From the NCBI GenBank assembly GCA_012727555.1, contig JAAYGT010000033.1, positions 21,921 to 85,920 of the forward strand: a DNA stretch of 64,000 bases. Reading direction: 5' to 3'. The DNA is from Alcaligenaceae bacterium. GTDB lineage: Bacteria; Pseudomonadota; Gammaproteobacteria; Burkholderiales; Burkholderiaceae_B. The position numbers and the translations under genes are program-made. Below are positions 10,142 to 20,872 of the stretch, in pieces. Within the stretch, counting starts at the first letter, position 1, and each line of letters opens with the position of its first letter. The notes under the pieces are model-generated. The model was given only the letters and a program-made list of their open reading frames with translations, ran no database searches and was not told where the DNA came from.

Positions 10142-10927
10142 TCAGGCATCGAACCGTGCGCGCACTGTACCCACCTGGCCGATGCGGGCTTCATAGGTTT
10201 TACCGGCCTCCACCGGCACCATGGGGCCCAGGGCGCCTGTCAGGATCAGGTCGCCGGCACGTAACGGTGTTTTCAGGGCAGCCAGCTTGCGGGCCAACCA
10301 TACGGCGGCATTCAGGGGATGCCCCAGGCAATCACTGCCACGCCCGGTCGAACGAACCTCATCGCCACACAACAGGCTCATGTCAACGGTTTTAAGATCA
10401 AGCCCTTTCAGGGATACCGGCACTGCACCCAGCACCACCAGACCGCTGGACGCGTTGTCGGCCACGGTATCAACGTAGCGAATGTTCCAGTTGGCCACGC
10501 GACTGCCCACCACCTCGATGGCCGGCATGACATAGGCAACCGCATTGATCAGATCCACCAAGGTGGCATCTTCGTGCGTGACATCGCGCTCAAGCACCAG
10601 CGCGATCTCGGCCTCAACCTTGGGTTGCAGCGTGCGACTGACGGGAATGGGCTCGTCGTCACCAAAGACCATATCAGCAAACAAGGTGCCGAAGTCGGGC
10701 TGACTGACACCCAGTTGGCGCTGCACGGCCGGCGAGGTGAGACCGATCTTGCGCCCCACAATGCGACGCCCCCGGGCACACCAGAAATCCACATTGGCCT
10801 GCTGGATGGCGTAGGCCGTGGCTTCATCGTCCTCGGCCACCTGACCGCGAATCGGCTCAATGGGCGTTGCGGTTTCTTCGGCAGTACGCAAGCGCGTGGC
10901 CAGTTCCTGGATCAATGTCGAACTCAT
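10142..10927 (-). CDS. mhpD: 2-keto-4-pentenoate hydratase
   Basis: 261 aa with a MhpD-like sequence ([23 protein letters not shown]), adjacent to mhpB and mhpA. Confidence 0.85.
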   Translation of the reverse strand: MSSTLIQELATRLRTAEETATPIEPIRGQVAEDDEATAYAIQQANVDFWCARGRRIVGRKIGLTSPAVQRQLGVSQPDFGTLFADMVFGDDEPIPVSRTLQPKVEAEIALVLERDVTHEDATLVDLINAVAYVMPAIEVVGSRVANWNIRYVDTVADNASSGLVVLGAVPVSLKGLDLKTVDMSLLCGDEVRSTGRGSDCLGHPLNAAVWLARKLAALKTPLRAGDLILTGALGPMVPVEAGKTYEARIGQVGTVRARFDA

Positions 10928-10988
10928 TCAGATTTCCTTGTAAAAGACGACAGGGCAGGAAACCTGCCCACTGTGGTCGATAGGGTAC

Positions 10989-11933
10989 TCAAATTGAAGA
11001 AGGCTGACCATGCATGACAGCAAAACCGGCGATCCATTCGTCAATCGCACGGTAGTAGTCAAGCTCCGCACGGTAAGGTCCGGTCGCTGCAAGGGCACCG
11101 AAGGCGGCGATCCAGGTACGTATTTCATGGGCCGACTTGCCGCCTTCGCGGGTAATGACCGCATTGGTCAGACCATCAAGCGCCGTCAGGTCACCACTCG
11201 CCAGACTATCCAGAAACGCGCGATCCCATTCCGGATTCAATGGGTGCAGAGGACTGTTGCCCGAGGCAAATGCCTGTGCTGCCGCCACCGTACGCGCCTG
11301 GCGTGCTGCACGCGCCTCGGGGGTCGGGTTGCGGCCTGCGATCAAACGCTCGGCCACTTCGGCATCGGCCCGGGCAATTTCCGGCACGGGTGGCTCATGG
11401 GAAATGCCGCCCGAACCAACCACCAGAACCCGCCTGTTCAATGTGCTCAGGTAACGGCCAATGGCCTGCCCCAGCAAGCGGGATCGACGGGCACTTGCCA
11501 TGGGCGGTGCCACAGAATTGATGAACACCGGAACGACCGGGTAGGCATCAAGCCCACCTGTCAATACCTCAAGGGCCTGGGCACAGCCATGATCCACCTG
11601 CATGCGATACGACACCGCCGTATCGATGTCGGCATCAAGCACCGCCTGGGCCATATCCAGTGCAATGTCGCGCGGCACGTTCAACGGACCCGCCAGGCTT
11701 TTGAAATCACCGACCGCCGAGGCCTCGACTCCGATGCAGAACTGAGGCATGAGATCGTAGAAAAAACCATTGTAGTGGTCAGGCGCAAACACCACGATCA
11801 GTTCCGGATCGTAAGCCCGGACGCGGTCACGAGCTTGCGCCAGCACACTTTCCACCTCGGCAACCACAGTGGCTGCGGGATCGTAGTAGCCATGCAAGGG
11901 CGTATGCGACAGGCATTCCAGCTGGATGCTCAT
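10989..11933 (-). CDS. mhpB: 2,3-dihydroxyphenylpropionate 1,2-dioxygenase (LigB-type extradiol)
   Basis: 314 aa. The N-terminus [19 protein letters not shown] is typical of MhpB. The start overlaps the mhpA stop (ATGA at 11930-11933). Confidence 0.85.
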   Translation of the reverse strand: MSIQLECLSHTPLHGYYDPAATVVAEVESVLAQARDRVRAYDPELIVVFAPDHYNGFFYDLMPQFCIGVEASAVGDFKSLAGPLNVPRDIALDMAQAVLDADIDTAVSYRMQVDHGCAQALEVLTGGLDAYPVVPVFINSVAPPMASARRSRLLGQAIGRYLSTLNRRVLVVGSGGISHEPPVPEIARADAEVAERLIAGRNPTPEARAARQARTVAAAQAFASGNSPLHPLNPEWDRAFLDSLASGDLTALDGLTNAVITREGGKSAHEIRTWIAAFGALAATGPYRAELDYYRAIDEWIAGFAVMHGQPSSI

Positions 11934-13726
11934 GCGGGATTCTCCGTAAGTGACAGACGCCCGGCCAGGGCAACAATGGTCTGCGAAACTTGCTGGGGCG
12001 AGCAGACCCCGGCCACAAAGCGATCAGGCCTCAGTACGACCACCGAGTGTGCAGAAGCACCGAACCAGTCTTTAAGACGGTTCTGCACATCACCCACGAC
12101 CAACACGTCGTCCGCGACGTCGGCGGTATAGGCCATCTGGACATCCGGTTTCACAACAACAAAAGCTGCACCCAGACGGGCCCAGATAGCACGCGCCTGC
12201 GGGCTGAGAGCGAAGGTGGGGTCCGTGCCCCACGACACGATCGCAAACCGCTGACCGATCACATCGTCGAGCAAAGCCTGCTCACCGGCCACCGTGCGCA
12301 CACGGGGTTGAATGAAGAGGCGACCCACCGGCGATTGGCCGTGAGGATCCTTGCCATGCACAATGCGCCCCCAGAGCGAGTCACGTTTTTCAGCCATCAA
12401 CCCGAGCAAACGCCCGATGGCCGAATTGCCTGCCTTATCGAGCCGCCGTGCCAGCCAACCTTTGGAAACTTTTCTGCGTGGCAACAGCACGACACCCGAC
12501 TCATAACGCGGCATGGGTTTAAAACGCATCTCGACAAAGTAACGCTTGAACGCCGGCACACCATTGAAAAGCCAGGTGAAACCGTCACGCAAGGCGGCTG
12601 CCCAGCGGCTGGGGGGATTGAAAATATCACCCGCCACTTCAGACAGGTGGATCATGGCACGGGCATGGGCCCGACGCTCTTCCCCATAGGTATCGAGCAG
12701 TTTGTCGGAGGCCAGCCCCTTGACCACCATGGCCAGCTTCCAGCCAAGATTGTTGGCATCGCGAATGCCGCTGTTGTAGCCCTGGCCCTGCCAGACCGGC
12801 ATGATGTGGGCGGCATCGCCGGCGAGCAAAACCCGCCCCTGACGGAACGTAGCCGCCAGGCGTGCATTGTGCGTGTAGACCCGTTTACGGATGTAATCGA
12901 CGTTTTCGGGATCCGGGACGACCTTGGACATCAGTGCAGCCAGATTATCCGGCCGGTACAGCTCCTCTTCGGTTTCTCCCGGCATCACCATGAATTCGAA
13001 GCGCCGCACGCCATGTGGCAAAGCGGCAGACACATAGGGGCGTTCAGGATCGCAGTGCAAATAAATGTGTGGTGTACCTACCGGATCGTTGCGTACATCA
13101 ACGACGATCCACTGATTGGCTTTGGTACGACCCTCGAAGGGGATATCGAGTGTTCGACGAATAAAACTGTTGCCGCCATCGGCAGCCACCAGATAGGCTG
13201 CCTGGATCGCTTTTTTACGGCCATCACTGCCCTCGGTGATCACCGTCACCCCTTGAGCATCATGGGTGAAACTGGACACTTTCTGGCTGAACCAGACCGC
13301 GACATTCGGAAAACGGCTCAAGCCACGGTAAAGCAACTGGTCAGCCTGCGGTTGGTGGAACGCATTGCGACGCGACCAACCGAACTCGTCGGTACGGGGC
13401 TCAATCGACGCAAAGCAACGGCCTCGTGGTGTTACGAAACGCATCCAGTGCCAAGGGGTCGTATGGGGCAGCAGTTCATCGGCCAGGCCCACCGACTGAA
13501 AAACCCGCAACGCCTCGTCGTCCAGCCCAATGGCGCGTGGATAATCGATAATGGCATCCAGTTGCTCCAGCATGATCACGCTCACACCTTCGCGCCCCAG
13601 AATATTGGCGATCGTCAGCCCGACAGGGCCGGCCCCCACAATCACGACATCGGCAGACACAACCGCCGATGCCTCGGTGGCAGCATTCACTTCGGGCCCA
13701 ATACCCGTTTCAGACGCGGCCGACAT
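11930..13726 (-). CDS. mhpA: 3-(3-hydroxyphenyl)propionate hydroxylase (FAD monooxygenase)
   Basis: [19 protein letters not shown] Rossmann motif and [25 protein letters not shown] motif, about 598 aa. The start is ATG 13726 or GTG 13732. Confidence 0.85.
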   Translation of the reverse strand: MSAASETGIGPEVNAATEASAVVSADVVIVGAGPVGLTIANILGREGVSVIMLEQLDAIIDYPRAIGLDDEALRVFQSVGLADELLPHTTPWHWMRFVTPRGRCFASIEPRTDEFGWSRRNAFHQPQADQLLYRGLSRFPNVAVWFSQKVSSFTHDAQGVTVITEGSDGRKKAIQAAYLVAADGGNSFIRRTLDIPFEGRTKANQWIVVDVRNDPVGTPHIYLHCDPERPYVSAALPHGVRRFEFMVMPGETEEELYRPDNLAALMSKVVPDPENVDYIRKRVYTHNARLAATFRQGRVLLAGDAAHIMPVWQGQGYNSGIRDANNLGWKLAMVVKGLASDKLLDTYGEERRAHARAMIHLSEVAGDIFNPPSRWAAALRDGFTWLFNGVPAFKRYFVEMRFKPMPRYESGVVLLPRRKVSKGWLARRLDKAGNSAIGRLLGLMAEKRDSLWGRIVHGKDPHGQSPVGRLFIQPRVRTVAGEQALLDDVIGQRFAIVSWGTDPTFALSPQARAIWARLGAAFVVVKPDVQMAYTADVADDVLVVGDVQNRLKDWFGASAHSVVVLRPDRFVAGVCSPQQVSQTIVALAGRLSLTENPA

Positions 13727-13839
13727 ACACACCCCCCCCGATTTTCAATGACCCGCTCATGATTGCTCCTCATTTTTTGAACATGGAATGCGCGCAGTCT
13801 AGCGAAGCAACTTGATCTGGAACAAAAAAAACTTCAAGA

Positions 13840-13856
13840 TGTGCAAGGAGTGCACA
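13840..13856. promoter_or_regulatory. MhpR-type operator candidate TGTGCAAGGAGTGCACA
   Basis: Lies in the mhpA/mhpR divergent region. GTGCA half-sites have the same spacing as the E. coli MhpR site as I recall it (GGTGCACCTGGTGCACA). 12 of 17 positions are identical, and both half-sites are conserved. Confidence 0.45.
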
Positions 13857-13882
13857 GCGTTGATTTAAAAGTGAAAGGCCCA

Positions 13883-14710
13883 ATGACACCCCAGCCCTCC
13901 GACCGATCCCCCTACAGTGCCGTACGCGGTCTGGCACGTGGCCTGCAGGTGCTGCGGGCACTGAACCGTATGCAAAGCGGGCGGGCCTCGGCCCAGCAAC
14001 TCAGTCAGGCAACCGGTTTGCATCGCACCACCGTCAAACGCCTGCTTGAAACACTGGTAACCGAAGGCCTGGTGCGCCGCAGCCCCTCCGATGACAGCTA
14101 CCGGCTCACTCTGCAGGTACGCGACCTCAGCGAAGGCTTCACCGACGATGAATGGATATCGACCGTTGCCGCCCCCCTGATGGGCGAACTGATGCACAGC
14201 GTGATCTGGCCGTCTGATCTGGCAACACCCGATGGCGGAGCCATGATCATTCGCGAAACCACACACCGTTTCAGCCCGCTGTCGTTTCACCGGTCCATGG
14301 TGGGCAGGCGCCTGCCCCTGCTGCTCACGGCCGCCGGACGTGCCTATTTTGCTCGCTGTCCATCAGGCGAACGGGAGCATTTGCTCACGCTGCTGCGCAG
14401 CGGACAAGGGGGTGAAATACAGGCAGCACTGGCCAATGATCCACATTACGTGCGTAACCTGCTCAGAACCTTTGAGGCATGCGGCTACGCCACCAATCGC
14501 GGCGACTGGTCGGAACAGAGCACAATCAGTGCCATTGCAGTGGCCATAGAACACGACAACCGTGTTCTGGGTTCGCTGAATGTGGTTTACCTGACGCGCG
14601 CCCTGAGCGCCGGACAGGCAGTGGAACTGTTCGTTCCACCGCTGCGACATATTGCAACACGCATCTGCACGGGCCTTCGGCAAGCTGCGGCACACAGCCC
14701 GCCTGCCTGA
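13883..14710 (+). CDS. mhpR: IclR family transcriptional activator MhpR
   Basis: Colinear with E. coli MhpR as I recall it (GLHRTTVKRLLETL, VRRSPSDDSYRLTLQVRDLSEGF, RETTHRFSPLSFHRSMVGRRLPLL). ATG 13883 with an AAAGG RBS is preferred to GTG 13841. Confidence 0.8.
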   Translation: MTPQPSDRSPYSAVRGLARGLQVLRALNRMQSGRASAQQLSQATGLHRTTVKRLLETLVTEGLVRRSPSDDSYRLTLQVRDLSEGFTDDEWISTVAAPLMGELMHSVIWPSDLATPDGGAMIIRETTHRFSPLSFHRSMVGRRLPLLLTAAGRAYFARCPSGEREHLLTLLRSGQGGEIQAALANDPHYVRNLLRTFEACGYATNRGDWSEQSTISAIAVAIEHDNRVLGSLNVVYLTRALSAGQAVELFVPPLRHIATRICTGLRQAAAHSPPA

Positions 14711-14723
14711 ATGTGGCAAGACA

Positions 14724-14743
14724 CGGCGGCATGCGAGCCGCCG
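14724..14743. terminator. Short GC hairpin between convergent mhpR and mhpC
   Basis: CGGCGGC-atgcga-GCCGCCG, a 7-bp stem. There is no clear T-run on either strand, so this is a weak call. Confidence 0.3.
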
Positions 14744-14748
14744 GAAGA

Positions 14749-15609
14749 TCAGTGCGTGAAAAAGTCGAGCGTCAGGCGGTTGAACGCCTCGGCATGCTCC
14801 CACTGAGCCCAGTGACCGCACTTGTTGAAAATGTGCATTTGTGCGTTGGGCAGGTTGGCCAACGCACGCAAACCGACATCAAGCGGCACAAAACGGTCGT
14901 TGCGACCCCAGATGATCAGTGTTTCCGCCTGGATTTCATCCATACGGTAACCGTAGTCGGTGAACTGCTTGGGAAATGCCTGCAAACTTCGGACAAAATT
15001 CTGCAGATGCTCGGGGCGGGCAAGAATATTGCTCAGCCGCTGCTCGTACAAATCTTCAGAGAGGCTGCTGGTGTCAAAAACGAAAACCTCCATCATGCGC
15101 TTGAGATTTTCGATGGTGGGATTGCGATACAACTGACCGATCAGCTTGATGCCTTCGGCCGGCATGGGGGTGAACAGACTGGGCCCGCCTGTGCCGCCGC
15201 CCATCAGTATCAGCTTGCCGACACGACCGGGGTTGGCCAACGCGAACGCCGTAGTGCTGTGGGCCCCCATGGAATTGCCAATGATGTGGGCCTTGTTGAT
15301 ATTGAGCGTATCCATGAGCTGAAGCAGGCAGCGCGCATTCAGTTCGGAACGGGATTCTGCGCAGAGAATGGAATCACTTTTGCTCCAGCCCAGGCAATCC
15401 ATGAGAATGACGCGGAAACCGGCGCTGGCAAGCGGCTCGATATTGCGATGAAAGTTGGCCCAGCCACTAGCGCCAGGCCCTGACCCGTGCAACATGACGA
15501 CGACATCGGTACCCGTCAGGGTGTCGTTGTAATGAAGCCGGTACGCTTTGCCACCTTCCTGGATCGTGATGAAATGACTTGTAGATTCTTCGGTAATGCC
15601 TGACGACAT
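14749..15609 (-). CDS. mhpC: 2-hydroxy-6-ketonona-2,4-dienedioate hydrolase (alpha/beta hydrolase)
   Basis: [42 protein letters not shown] and the GNSMGAH nucleophile elbow match MhpC. ATG 15609 with a strong GGGGGA RBS is preferred to ATG 15630. Confidence 0.85.
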   Translation of the reverse strand: MSSGITEESTSHFITIQEGGKAYRLHYNDTLTGTDVVVMLHGSGPGASGWANFHRNIEPLASAGFRVILMDCLGWSKSDSILCAESRSELNARCLLQLMDTLNINKAHIIGNSMGAHSTTAFALANPGRVGKLILMGGGTGGPSLFTPMPAEGIKLIGQLYRNPTIENLKRMMEVFVFDTSSLSEDLYEQRLSNILARPEHLQNFVRSLQAFPKQFTDYGYRMDEIQAETLIIWGRNDRFVPLDVGLRALANLPNAQMHIFNKCGHWAQWEHAEAFNRLTLDFFTH

Positions 15610-15735
15610 GAAATTCCCCCTGGTTTGCATTCAAAACGGTGAAAATAACAGACATTGTGCCTTTTTCGGGTTGCGAACGTAAACCAGACATTCAATTGGC
15701 CCCGGCCGCCGACGACCTCCGGAGACCCCAGGCGG

Positions 15736-16284
15736 TTAGTCACGTGCCGTGAATTCTTCAGCCCGTGCAACCAGTTTGTCGACCATCGCGGCCAGCTGCT
15801 GCAGCTCTTCTTCGGTGAACTGTTCAAGCAGGAAAGCGGCCTGCTGCTCGGAATGAGGCGCAATTTCACGAAAGATCTGTTGACCGGATTCGGTCAGCCA
15901 GAGCAAGGCACGCCGATGATTTTCGGGATCGCGCTCATCGCGCACACGGCCTGCTGTACGCAGGCCGGTAACGGCACGGCTGATGTTCATGGGATGCAGG
16001 CCGGTCAGGGCGGCGATGTCCTGGGCCGCGATACCGGGGCGGTTGGCCAGGACCACCATGGTGCGCCATTCCGTGAGCGTAAGGGCGTGCTGCTTGGCAA
16101 ACTTGCCAAAAAATGGCCGCGTCAACAGGTTGGTGAGCTTGAGCAAACGAAAACCCACCATTTCAGGCGTCAGCGGCGGGCGCCGGGCCGTAGTGGTTTG
16201 TATGCTGCCTGGCACTGTCGTTACAGCCGACGATTGGGTTCGTGTTGACACGCGCTTACGCCCTGAGGAATGGGATGAAGTCAT
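15736..16284 (-). CDS. MarR family transcriptional regulator
   Basis: Winged HTH LTLTEWRTMVVLANRPGIAAQDIAALTGLHPMNISRAVTGLRTAGRVRDERDPENHRR. The start is uncertain (ATG 16284 or GTG 16335). Confidence 0.75.
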   Translation of the reverse strand: MTSSHSSGRKRVSTRTQSSAVTTVPGSIQTTTARRPPLTPEMVGFRLLKLTNLLTRPFFGKFAKQHALTLTEWRTMVVLANRPGIAAQDIAALTGLHPMNISRAVTGLRTAGRVRDERDPENHRRALLWLTESGQQIFREIAPHSEQQAAFLLEQFTEEELQQLAAMVDKLVARAEEFTARD

Positions 16285-16389
16285 GGTTTTTACAGGGTGT
16301 ACATGATACACAGTTGAAACAGGAAAACAGGCCACTGAATTTTCAGAGCGGCTCCGTGTTTTCCCTGCATCGGGTTTTCCCTGCTATTA

Positions 16390-16419
16390 ATAACAAAAGT
16401 TATCGATAATAATTGTTAT
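16390..16419. promoter_or_regulatory. Nested 30-bp palindrome ATAACAA-aag-TTATCGATAA-taa-TTGTTAT
   Basis: Perfect 10-bp palindrome TTATCGATAA (16400-16409) concentric with the ATAACAA/TTGTTAT arms. It sits in the MarR/ABC divergent promoter region and is a candidate MarR operator. Confidence 0.4.
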
Positions 16420-16477
16420 AGAGGACAGCTTCCATGATTTGCATCAAATAATCCGCTGTTCGCACTGGAGACACATC

Positions 16478-17368
16478 ATGCTTAATGCGTTCACGAAAAC
16501 ACGTTTGCTGGGGCAGGCCGTTCTGGCAGTATCCGCCTTCCTGGTGGCGGGCCCGATGGCACCCGCGCACGCCAGCTCGGCCCCCTTGTACAACGAACTG
16601 CCGGAAACTATCAAGAAAGCCGGCAAAATACACGTTGCAGCCGACAAACTTCCACCCTACCGCATTTCATCGGAAGATGGCCGCAAGGTGGAAGGCCTGG
16701 AAGTGGAACTGATCCAGGCACTGGAAAAACAACTGGGTGTTCCCTTCGAAACGTCGATTGTAGCCAATGGCCCTGCTATTTTCACCGGCATTGATACCGG
16801 TCGCTACGACATTTCATTCGGCCCTGCTCTGGCAACCGCTGAACGCGAAAAACGCTACGACATCATTCCCTGGCTGCTGAGCAAACCCGCCTTTGTACTT
16901 CCCGCGCAACACGGCTTGAAAACGAAATCGCTCATGGACCTCTGCGGGCGCCGCATTTCGGTCATGACAGGTTCAGCAGCCATTCGCGAAATCGAAATCA
17001 TGGACGGTCTGTGCGAAAAAGCAGGGCAGAAAAAGGTGCAGCAGGTCGTCATGCCTGATCAAAACGCCACGCTGCTGGCCGCACAATCAGGCCGCGCCGA
17101 TGCCTTCTCGATGCAATATGCAGCCGCTCTTTACCTGCTGAAAACCCGTCCGGGTGAATACACTGTCCAGACAGACGAAAGCAACTCGCTGACCACGCTG
17201 CGCCTTGGCATGATCCTGAAAAGCGGCTCGGCACTTTCGCCCGTCATGCAGAAAGCCATGCAAAACCTGCTCGACAACGGCGAGTACAAACGTATTCTGC
17301 AGAACTGGGGTCTGGATCCGGCATCCATCGATACCATCCAGCTGAATCCGAACTCCCAGAAACGCTGA
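16478..17368 (+). CDS. Polar amino-acid ABC transporter substrate-binding protein (family 3)
   Basis: Signal peptide MLNAFTKTRLLGQAVLAVSAFLVAGPMAPAHA and a family-3 SBP layout. ATG 16478 with a GGAG RBS is preferred to TTG 16439. Confidence 0.85.
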   Translation: MLNAFTKTRLLGQAVLAVSAFLVAGPMAPAHASSAPLYNELPETIKKAGKIHVAADKLPPYRISSEDGRKVEGLEVELIQALEKQLGVPFETSIVANGPAIFTGIDTGRYDISFGPALATAEREKRYDIIPWLLSKPAFVLPAQHGLKTKSLMDLCGRRISVMTGSAAIREIEIMDGLCEKAGQKKVQQVVMPDQNATLLAAQSGRADAFSMQYAAALYLLKTRPGEYTVQTDESNSLTTLRLGMILKSGSALSPVMQKAMQNLLDNGEYKRILQNWGLDPASIDTIQLNPNSQKR

Positions 17369-17381
17369 CCGAACCCGCATC

Positions 17382-18299
17382 ATGTCCAGTATGCCCTTAC
17401 CCTCACCCCTTACGGCCCCGGCAACACCGCTCTGTGCCGACGATGTCTCCCGGGCCCGCTACCCTGTCAGTCCGGCGCGGCGCGCAGCCAGTATCGCGCT
17501 GATCCTGGTGGCTGCATGGCTGGCCTGGTTTCTGGTCAGCAATCCCCGTTTCGAATGGCCTGTCGTCTGGAAATATCTCTTCGCCCCTGCCGTACTCGAA
17601 GGCCTGGGTGTCACCCTGGCACTGACCGTCATCGGTATGGTGGGTGGCATTATTATGGGTACCATTGCGGCCCTGCTGCTCATGAGCGACTACAAGCCGG
17701 GTCGCTGGGCTGCCAATACCTACCTGTGGGCCTTTCGGGCAACGCCACTGATGATCCAGTTGCTGTTCTGGTACAACCTGGCCTACCTTTTGCCCACCAT
17801 TTCCATTGGGCTGCCCTTCGGTGACCCCTGGATCGAATGGCGCACCATTGAATTGATCAGTCCGTTCACGGCTGCCGTACTGGGCCTGAGCCTGGCCGAA
17901 GGTGCCTATATGGCCGAGATCATGCGTGCCGGATTGCTCTCGGTGGATCAACGCCAGCACGATGCCGCCAAAGCCATCGGCATGAGCCCACGCCAGGCCT
18001 TCTTTCGCATTATCGTGCCCCAGGCCATGCGCTTCATCATCCCGCCAACGGGCAATCAGGTGATCAGCATGGCCAAAGCCACCGCCCTGGTCTCGGTCAT
18101 TGCCATGAACGACCTGCTGTTTGCGGTACAGGCCATCTACAACCGCACCTATGAAATCGTTCCGCTGCTGATGGTCGCCGTATTCTGGTATCTGGTTGTC
18201 ATCACCTGCCTGTACGCTGTGCAATCCCGTCTGGAAAAACACTATTCCAGAGGCCATCAACGTACCGCACCGGCACCTGCCGAAGCAGCGACTGCCTGA
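17382..18299 (+). CDS. Amino-acid ABC transporter permease (His/Glu/Gln/Arg/opine family)
   Basis: 305 aa with an EAA-like loop (AAKAIGMSPRQAFFRIIVPQAMRFIIPPTGNQ). It carries an unusual N-terminal extension of about 50 aa. Confidence 0.85.
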   Translation: MSSMPLPSPLTAPATPLCADDVSRARYPVSPARRAASIALILVAAWLAWFLVSNPRFEWPVVWKYLFAPAVLEGLGVTLALTVIGMVGGIIMGTIAALLLMSDYKPGRWAANTYLWAFRATPLMIQLLFWYNLAYLLPTISIGLPFGDPWIEWRTIELISPFTAAVLGLSLAEGAYMAEIMRAGLLSVDQRQHDAAKAIGMSPRQAFFRIIVPQAMRFIIPPTGNQVISMAKATALVSVIAMNDLLFAVQAIYNRTYEIVPLLMVAVFWYLVVITCLYAVQSRLEKHYSRGHQRTAPAPAEAATA

Positions 18300-18312
18300 G
18301 GAGCTCACGAAC

Positions 18313-19101
18313 ATGTCCGAATTATCTCCGCCCGGTTCAAAACGCAAAATACTCCGGGCTGAAAACGTGACCAAACGCTATGGCCGTTATGTTGCGCTGA
18401 ATGAAGTCAGCCTTGATGTTCACGAAGGTGAAGTCGTTGCCATCATCGGGCCATCAGGATCAGGAAAATCCACCCTGATCCGCTGCATGCACCAACTCGA
18501 ATCCATCGAAGGCGGCGCCATTTACCTGAACGACGAATTGCTGGGCTTTCGTCGTCAGGGCAACCAACTGCTTGCCCTGAATGCCAAGGCGGTGGCACGC
18601 CAGCGTCGTGAACTGGGCATGGTGTTCCAGCAGTTTGTGCTCTTTCCGCACATGACCGTCGCAGAGAACATCATGGAAGGCCCCGTCCATGTGCTGGGAG
18701 ACAGCGCCGCCGATGCCCGCAAACTGGCCGAACACCTGCTCGACCGGGTAGGCCTGGCCCAGAAAATGGATGCCTACCCGCCCCAGTTATCCGGTGGGCA
18801 ACAACAGCGCGTTGCGATTGCGCGGGCCCTGGCCATGCGCCCCAAGGTGCTGTTGTTCGATGAACCCACCAGCGCACTTGATCCCGAACTGGTCGGCGAA
18901 GTGCTGAACGTGGTCACTGACCTGGCCAAGGCCGGCAAAACGATGGTGGTGGTTACCCACGAAATCGGCTTTGCCCGCGAAGCGGCCCACCGCGTGGTGT
19001 TCATGGAACATGGTCGTATTGTCGAAGAAGGCGAGGCACGCAGCACGCTGGCCAACCCCCGCACGGAAAGACTGCGCACGTTCCTTTCGCGGGTCATGTG
19101 A
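18313..19101 (+). CDS. Amino-acid ABC transporter ATP-binding protein
   Basis: Walker A GPSGSGKST, signature LSGGQQQRVAIARAL, Walker B LLFDEPTSALD. ATG 18313 with a GAGGAG RBS. Confidence 0.9.
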   Translation: MSELSPPGSKRKILRAENVTKRYGRYVALNEVSLDVHEGEVVAIIGPSGSGKSTLIRCMHQLESIEGGAIYLNDELLGFRRQGNQLLALNAKAVARQRRELGMVFQQFVLFPHMTVAENIMEGPVHVLGDSAADARKLAEHLLDRVGLAQKMDAYPPQLSGGQQQRVAIARALAMRPKVLLFDEPTSALDPELVGEVLNVVTDLAKAGKTMVVVTHEIGFAREAAHRVVFMEHGRIVEEGEARSTLANPRTERLRTFLSRVM

Positions 19102-19154
19102 GCTGTTTTTTTTATTTTCTCAATAACAAAAGATACTGAATGGATACCTGATTC

Positions 19155-20525
19155 ATGGCACGAAAAATCAAATATTTGTCACCGACCGGTGTACTTGGCG
19201 TGGGGTTCTCCGAAGATCACTTCATGGCCGCACTCAGTCCGGAACTGGCCTTCATCGGCTGCGATGCAGGCTCCACCGACGGTGGGCCTGCCAACCTGGG
19301 CGGCAATAAACCCTTTTTCTCGCGCGGGGCCATCAAACGCGACCTGCGCATACTGATCAAGGGTGCACGCACGCTGGACATCCCGCTACTGGTGGGCTCC
19401 TGCGGGGGCAGCGGCGGCAACTGGAATCTGAACTGGGTGCGTGAAATCGTGCTGGAAATTGCCGCCGAAGAAAACCTGCACTTCAAAACAGCCGTGATCG
19501 AGTCGGAGCCCGACCGGGAGCTGCTGTTGAAAAAATACCGGGAAGGCAAGTTCCGTGCCCTGGACCCGGCACCGGAAATCACTGAAGACACACTGCGCGA
19601 CACCGATCACATTGTGGCCATGATGGGTGCCGAAGCCTATCAGGAAGCCTTGGCCAATGGCGCACAGGTGGTGCTGGCAGGCCGCTCGACCGATGCCGCG
19701 ATTTTTGCGGCCATTCCAGTGGCTCAAGGCTTTCCGGCGGGTCTGTGCTGGCATGCCGCCAAGATCATGGAGTGTGGCGGGGCAGCCGTCGTGACCATGG
19801 ACAAGCCCGAGGGCATGCTCTGCACCATCACCGATGACTACTTTGAGCTTGAGCCCGTCAGCCCGACCCAGCGTTGCTCCCCACTGAGCGTGGCCGCCCA
19901 CGCACTGTACGAAACAGGCGACCCCTACATGATGCGCGAACCAGGCGGTGTCATGGACCTGACCCACGCCCGGTATGAGCAGTCCGGGGAGCGCACTGTA
20001 CGGGTCTCCGGCAGCGCATTTCATCCCGAACCCTACACCGTGAAACTGGAAGGCGCCAAGCAGATCGGCTACCGGGCCATGGTACTGGGTGGCGTGCGTG
20101 ATCCGGTGATTCTCGAACAATTCGACAGCTGGTTCGGCGGCTTGCAGGGGTCTATTCGCGACAACATCGATGCCGTGTACGGCCAGTCGATGGCCGGTAA
20201 ATACCGCATCGACTTCAAACTTTATGGCCACAGCGGCGTACTGGGTACGCGCGAGCCGACACTGGGCCAGACACCGACCGAAGTGGGTGTACTGATGGTG
20301 AGCCTGGCCGACACCCAGGAAGTGGCCTACGCCATTGCCGGTCAGGCCGCACACATGGTGCTGCACCACGCCGTTCCGCAATGGCAAGGCCTTGTCTCGA
20401 ACCTTGCCTTCCCGATCGCTCCACATTTCTGGAGTCTGGGACCCGCTTACAAATTTGTACTCAATCATGTGGTGGAACTGGATCACCCGCTTGAGCTGCA
20501 CCGTATCCGCTACGAGGAGATCTGA
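19155..20525 (+). CDS. AtuA-like protein (DUF1446), function unknown
   Basis: 456 aa. The N-terminus IKYLSPTGVLGVGFSEDHF...FIGCDAGSTDGGP...LLVGSCGGSGG matches the acyclic-terpene-utilisation AtuA/DUF1446 pattern as I recognise it. Confidence 0.75.
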   Translation: MARKIKYLSPTGVLGVGFSEDHFMAALSPELAFIGCDAGSTDGGPANLGGNKPFFSRGAIKRDLRILIKGARTLDIPLLVGSCGGSGGNWNLNWVREIVLEIAAEENLHFKTAVIESEPDRELLLKKYREGKFRALDPAPEITEDTLRDTDHIVAMMGAEAYQEALANGAQVVLAGRSTDAAIFAAIPVAQGFPAGLCWHAAKIMECGGAAVVTMDKPEGMLCTITDDYFELEPVSPTQRCSPLSVAAHALYETGDPYMMREPGGVMDLTHARYEQSGERTVRVSGSAFHPEPYTVKLEGAKQIGYRAMVLGGVRDPVILEQFDSWFGGLQGSIRDNIDAVYGQSMAGKYRIDFKLYGHSGVLGTREPTLGQTPTEVGVLMVSLADTQEVAYAIAGQAAHMVLHHAVPQWQGLVSNLAFPIAPHFWSLGPAYKFVLNHVVELDHPLELHRIRYEEI

Positions 20526-20527
20526 TC

Positions 20528-20857
20528 ATGGCCCTGTTACGCGACCTCGCCAAACTCATTCGCACCAAGAACGCCGGCCCCTTCCAGCTGACAACGGACA
20601 TCATGTTTGCCGATGCGGCCACTTACCGGCATGTGGCAGACAGCGGTGTACTGTCCGTCGCCCTGATGGCCCGCACCTTCAAAGTACCCGAAACGTCGGT
20701 GCGGCTGTTTCACTACGACCCTGCCAATGCCATCAAAGTCACCATCCCGCGCCCGGTGACCTCGGGCAACCCCGAAGACACCGATCTGTTTGGCGGCCAG
20801 CAATTTGCCCCGCTTGTGAACATCGAAGTACCCGACCTGCCCTCCACCCAATCCTGA
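20528..20857 (+). CDS. DUF4387 domain protein (usual partner of DUF1446)
   Basis: 109 aa starting 2 nt after the AtuA stop. LIRTKNAGPFQLTTDIMF is typical of DUF4387 as I recognise it. Confidence 0.65.
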   Translation: MALLRDLAKLIRTKNAGPFQLTTDIMFADAATYRHVADSGVLSVALMARTFKVPETSVRLFHYDPANAIKVTIPRPVTSGNPEDTDLFGGQQFAPLVNIEVPDLPSTQS

Positions 20858-20872
20858 TCCAGGAGCTGAAAA

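Noticed and set aside
11990-13762. 590-aa plus-strand ORF
   Set aside because: It lies entirely antisense to mhpA, which has clear FAD-monooxygenase motifs. Its composition is low-complexity (R, H, G, P rich) and no RBS is present.
18196-18312. Longer N-terminal extensions proposed by the ORF track for several genes (starts at 18196, 21799, 23114, 43177, 44494, 30577, 40195, 42424, 50110, 58586)
   Set aside because: The extensions overlap the preceding gene in another frame or lack an RBS. Internal ATGs with good Shine-Dalgarno spacing give products that begin where the homologous families begin.
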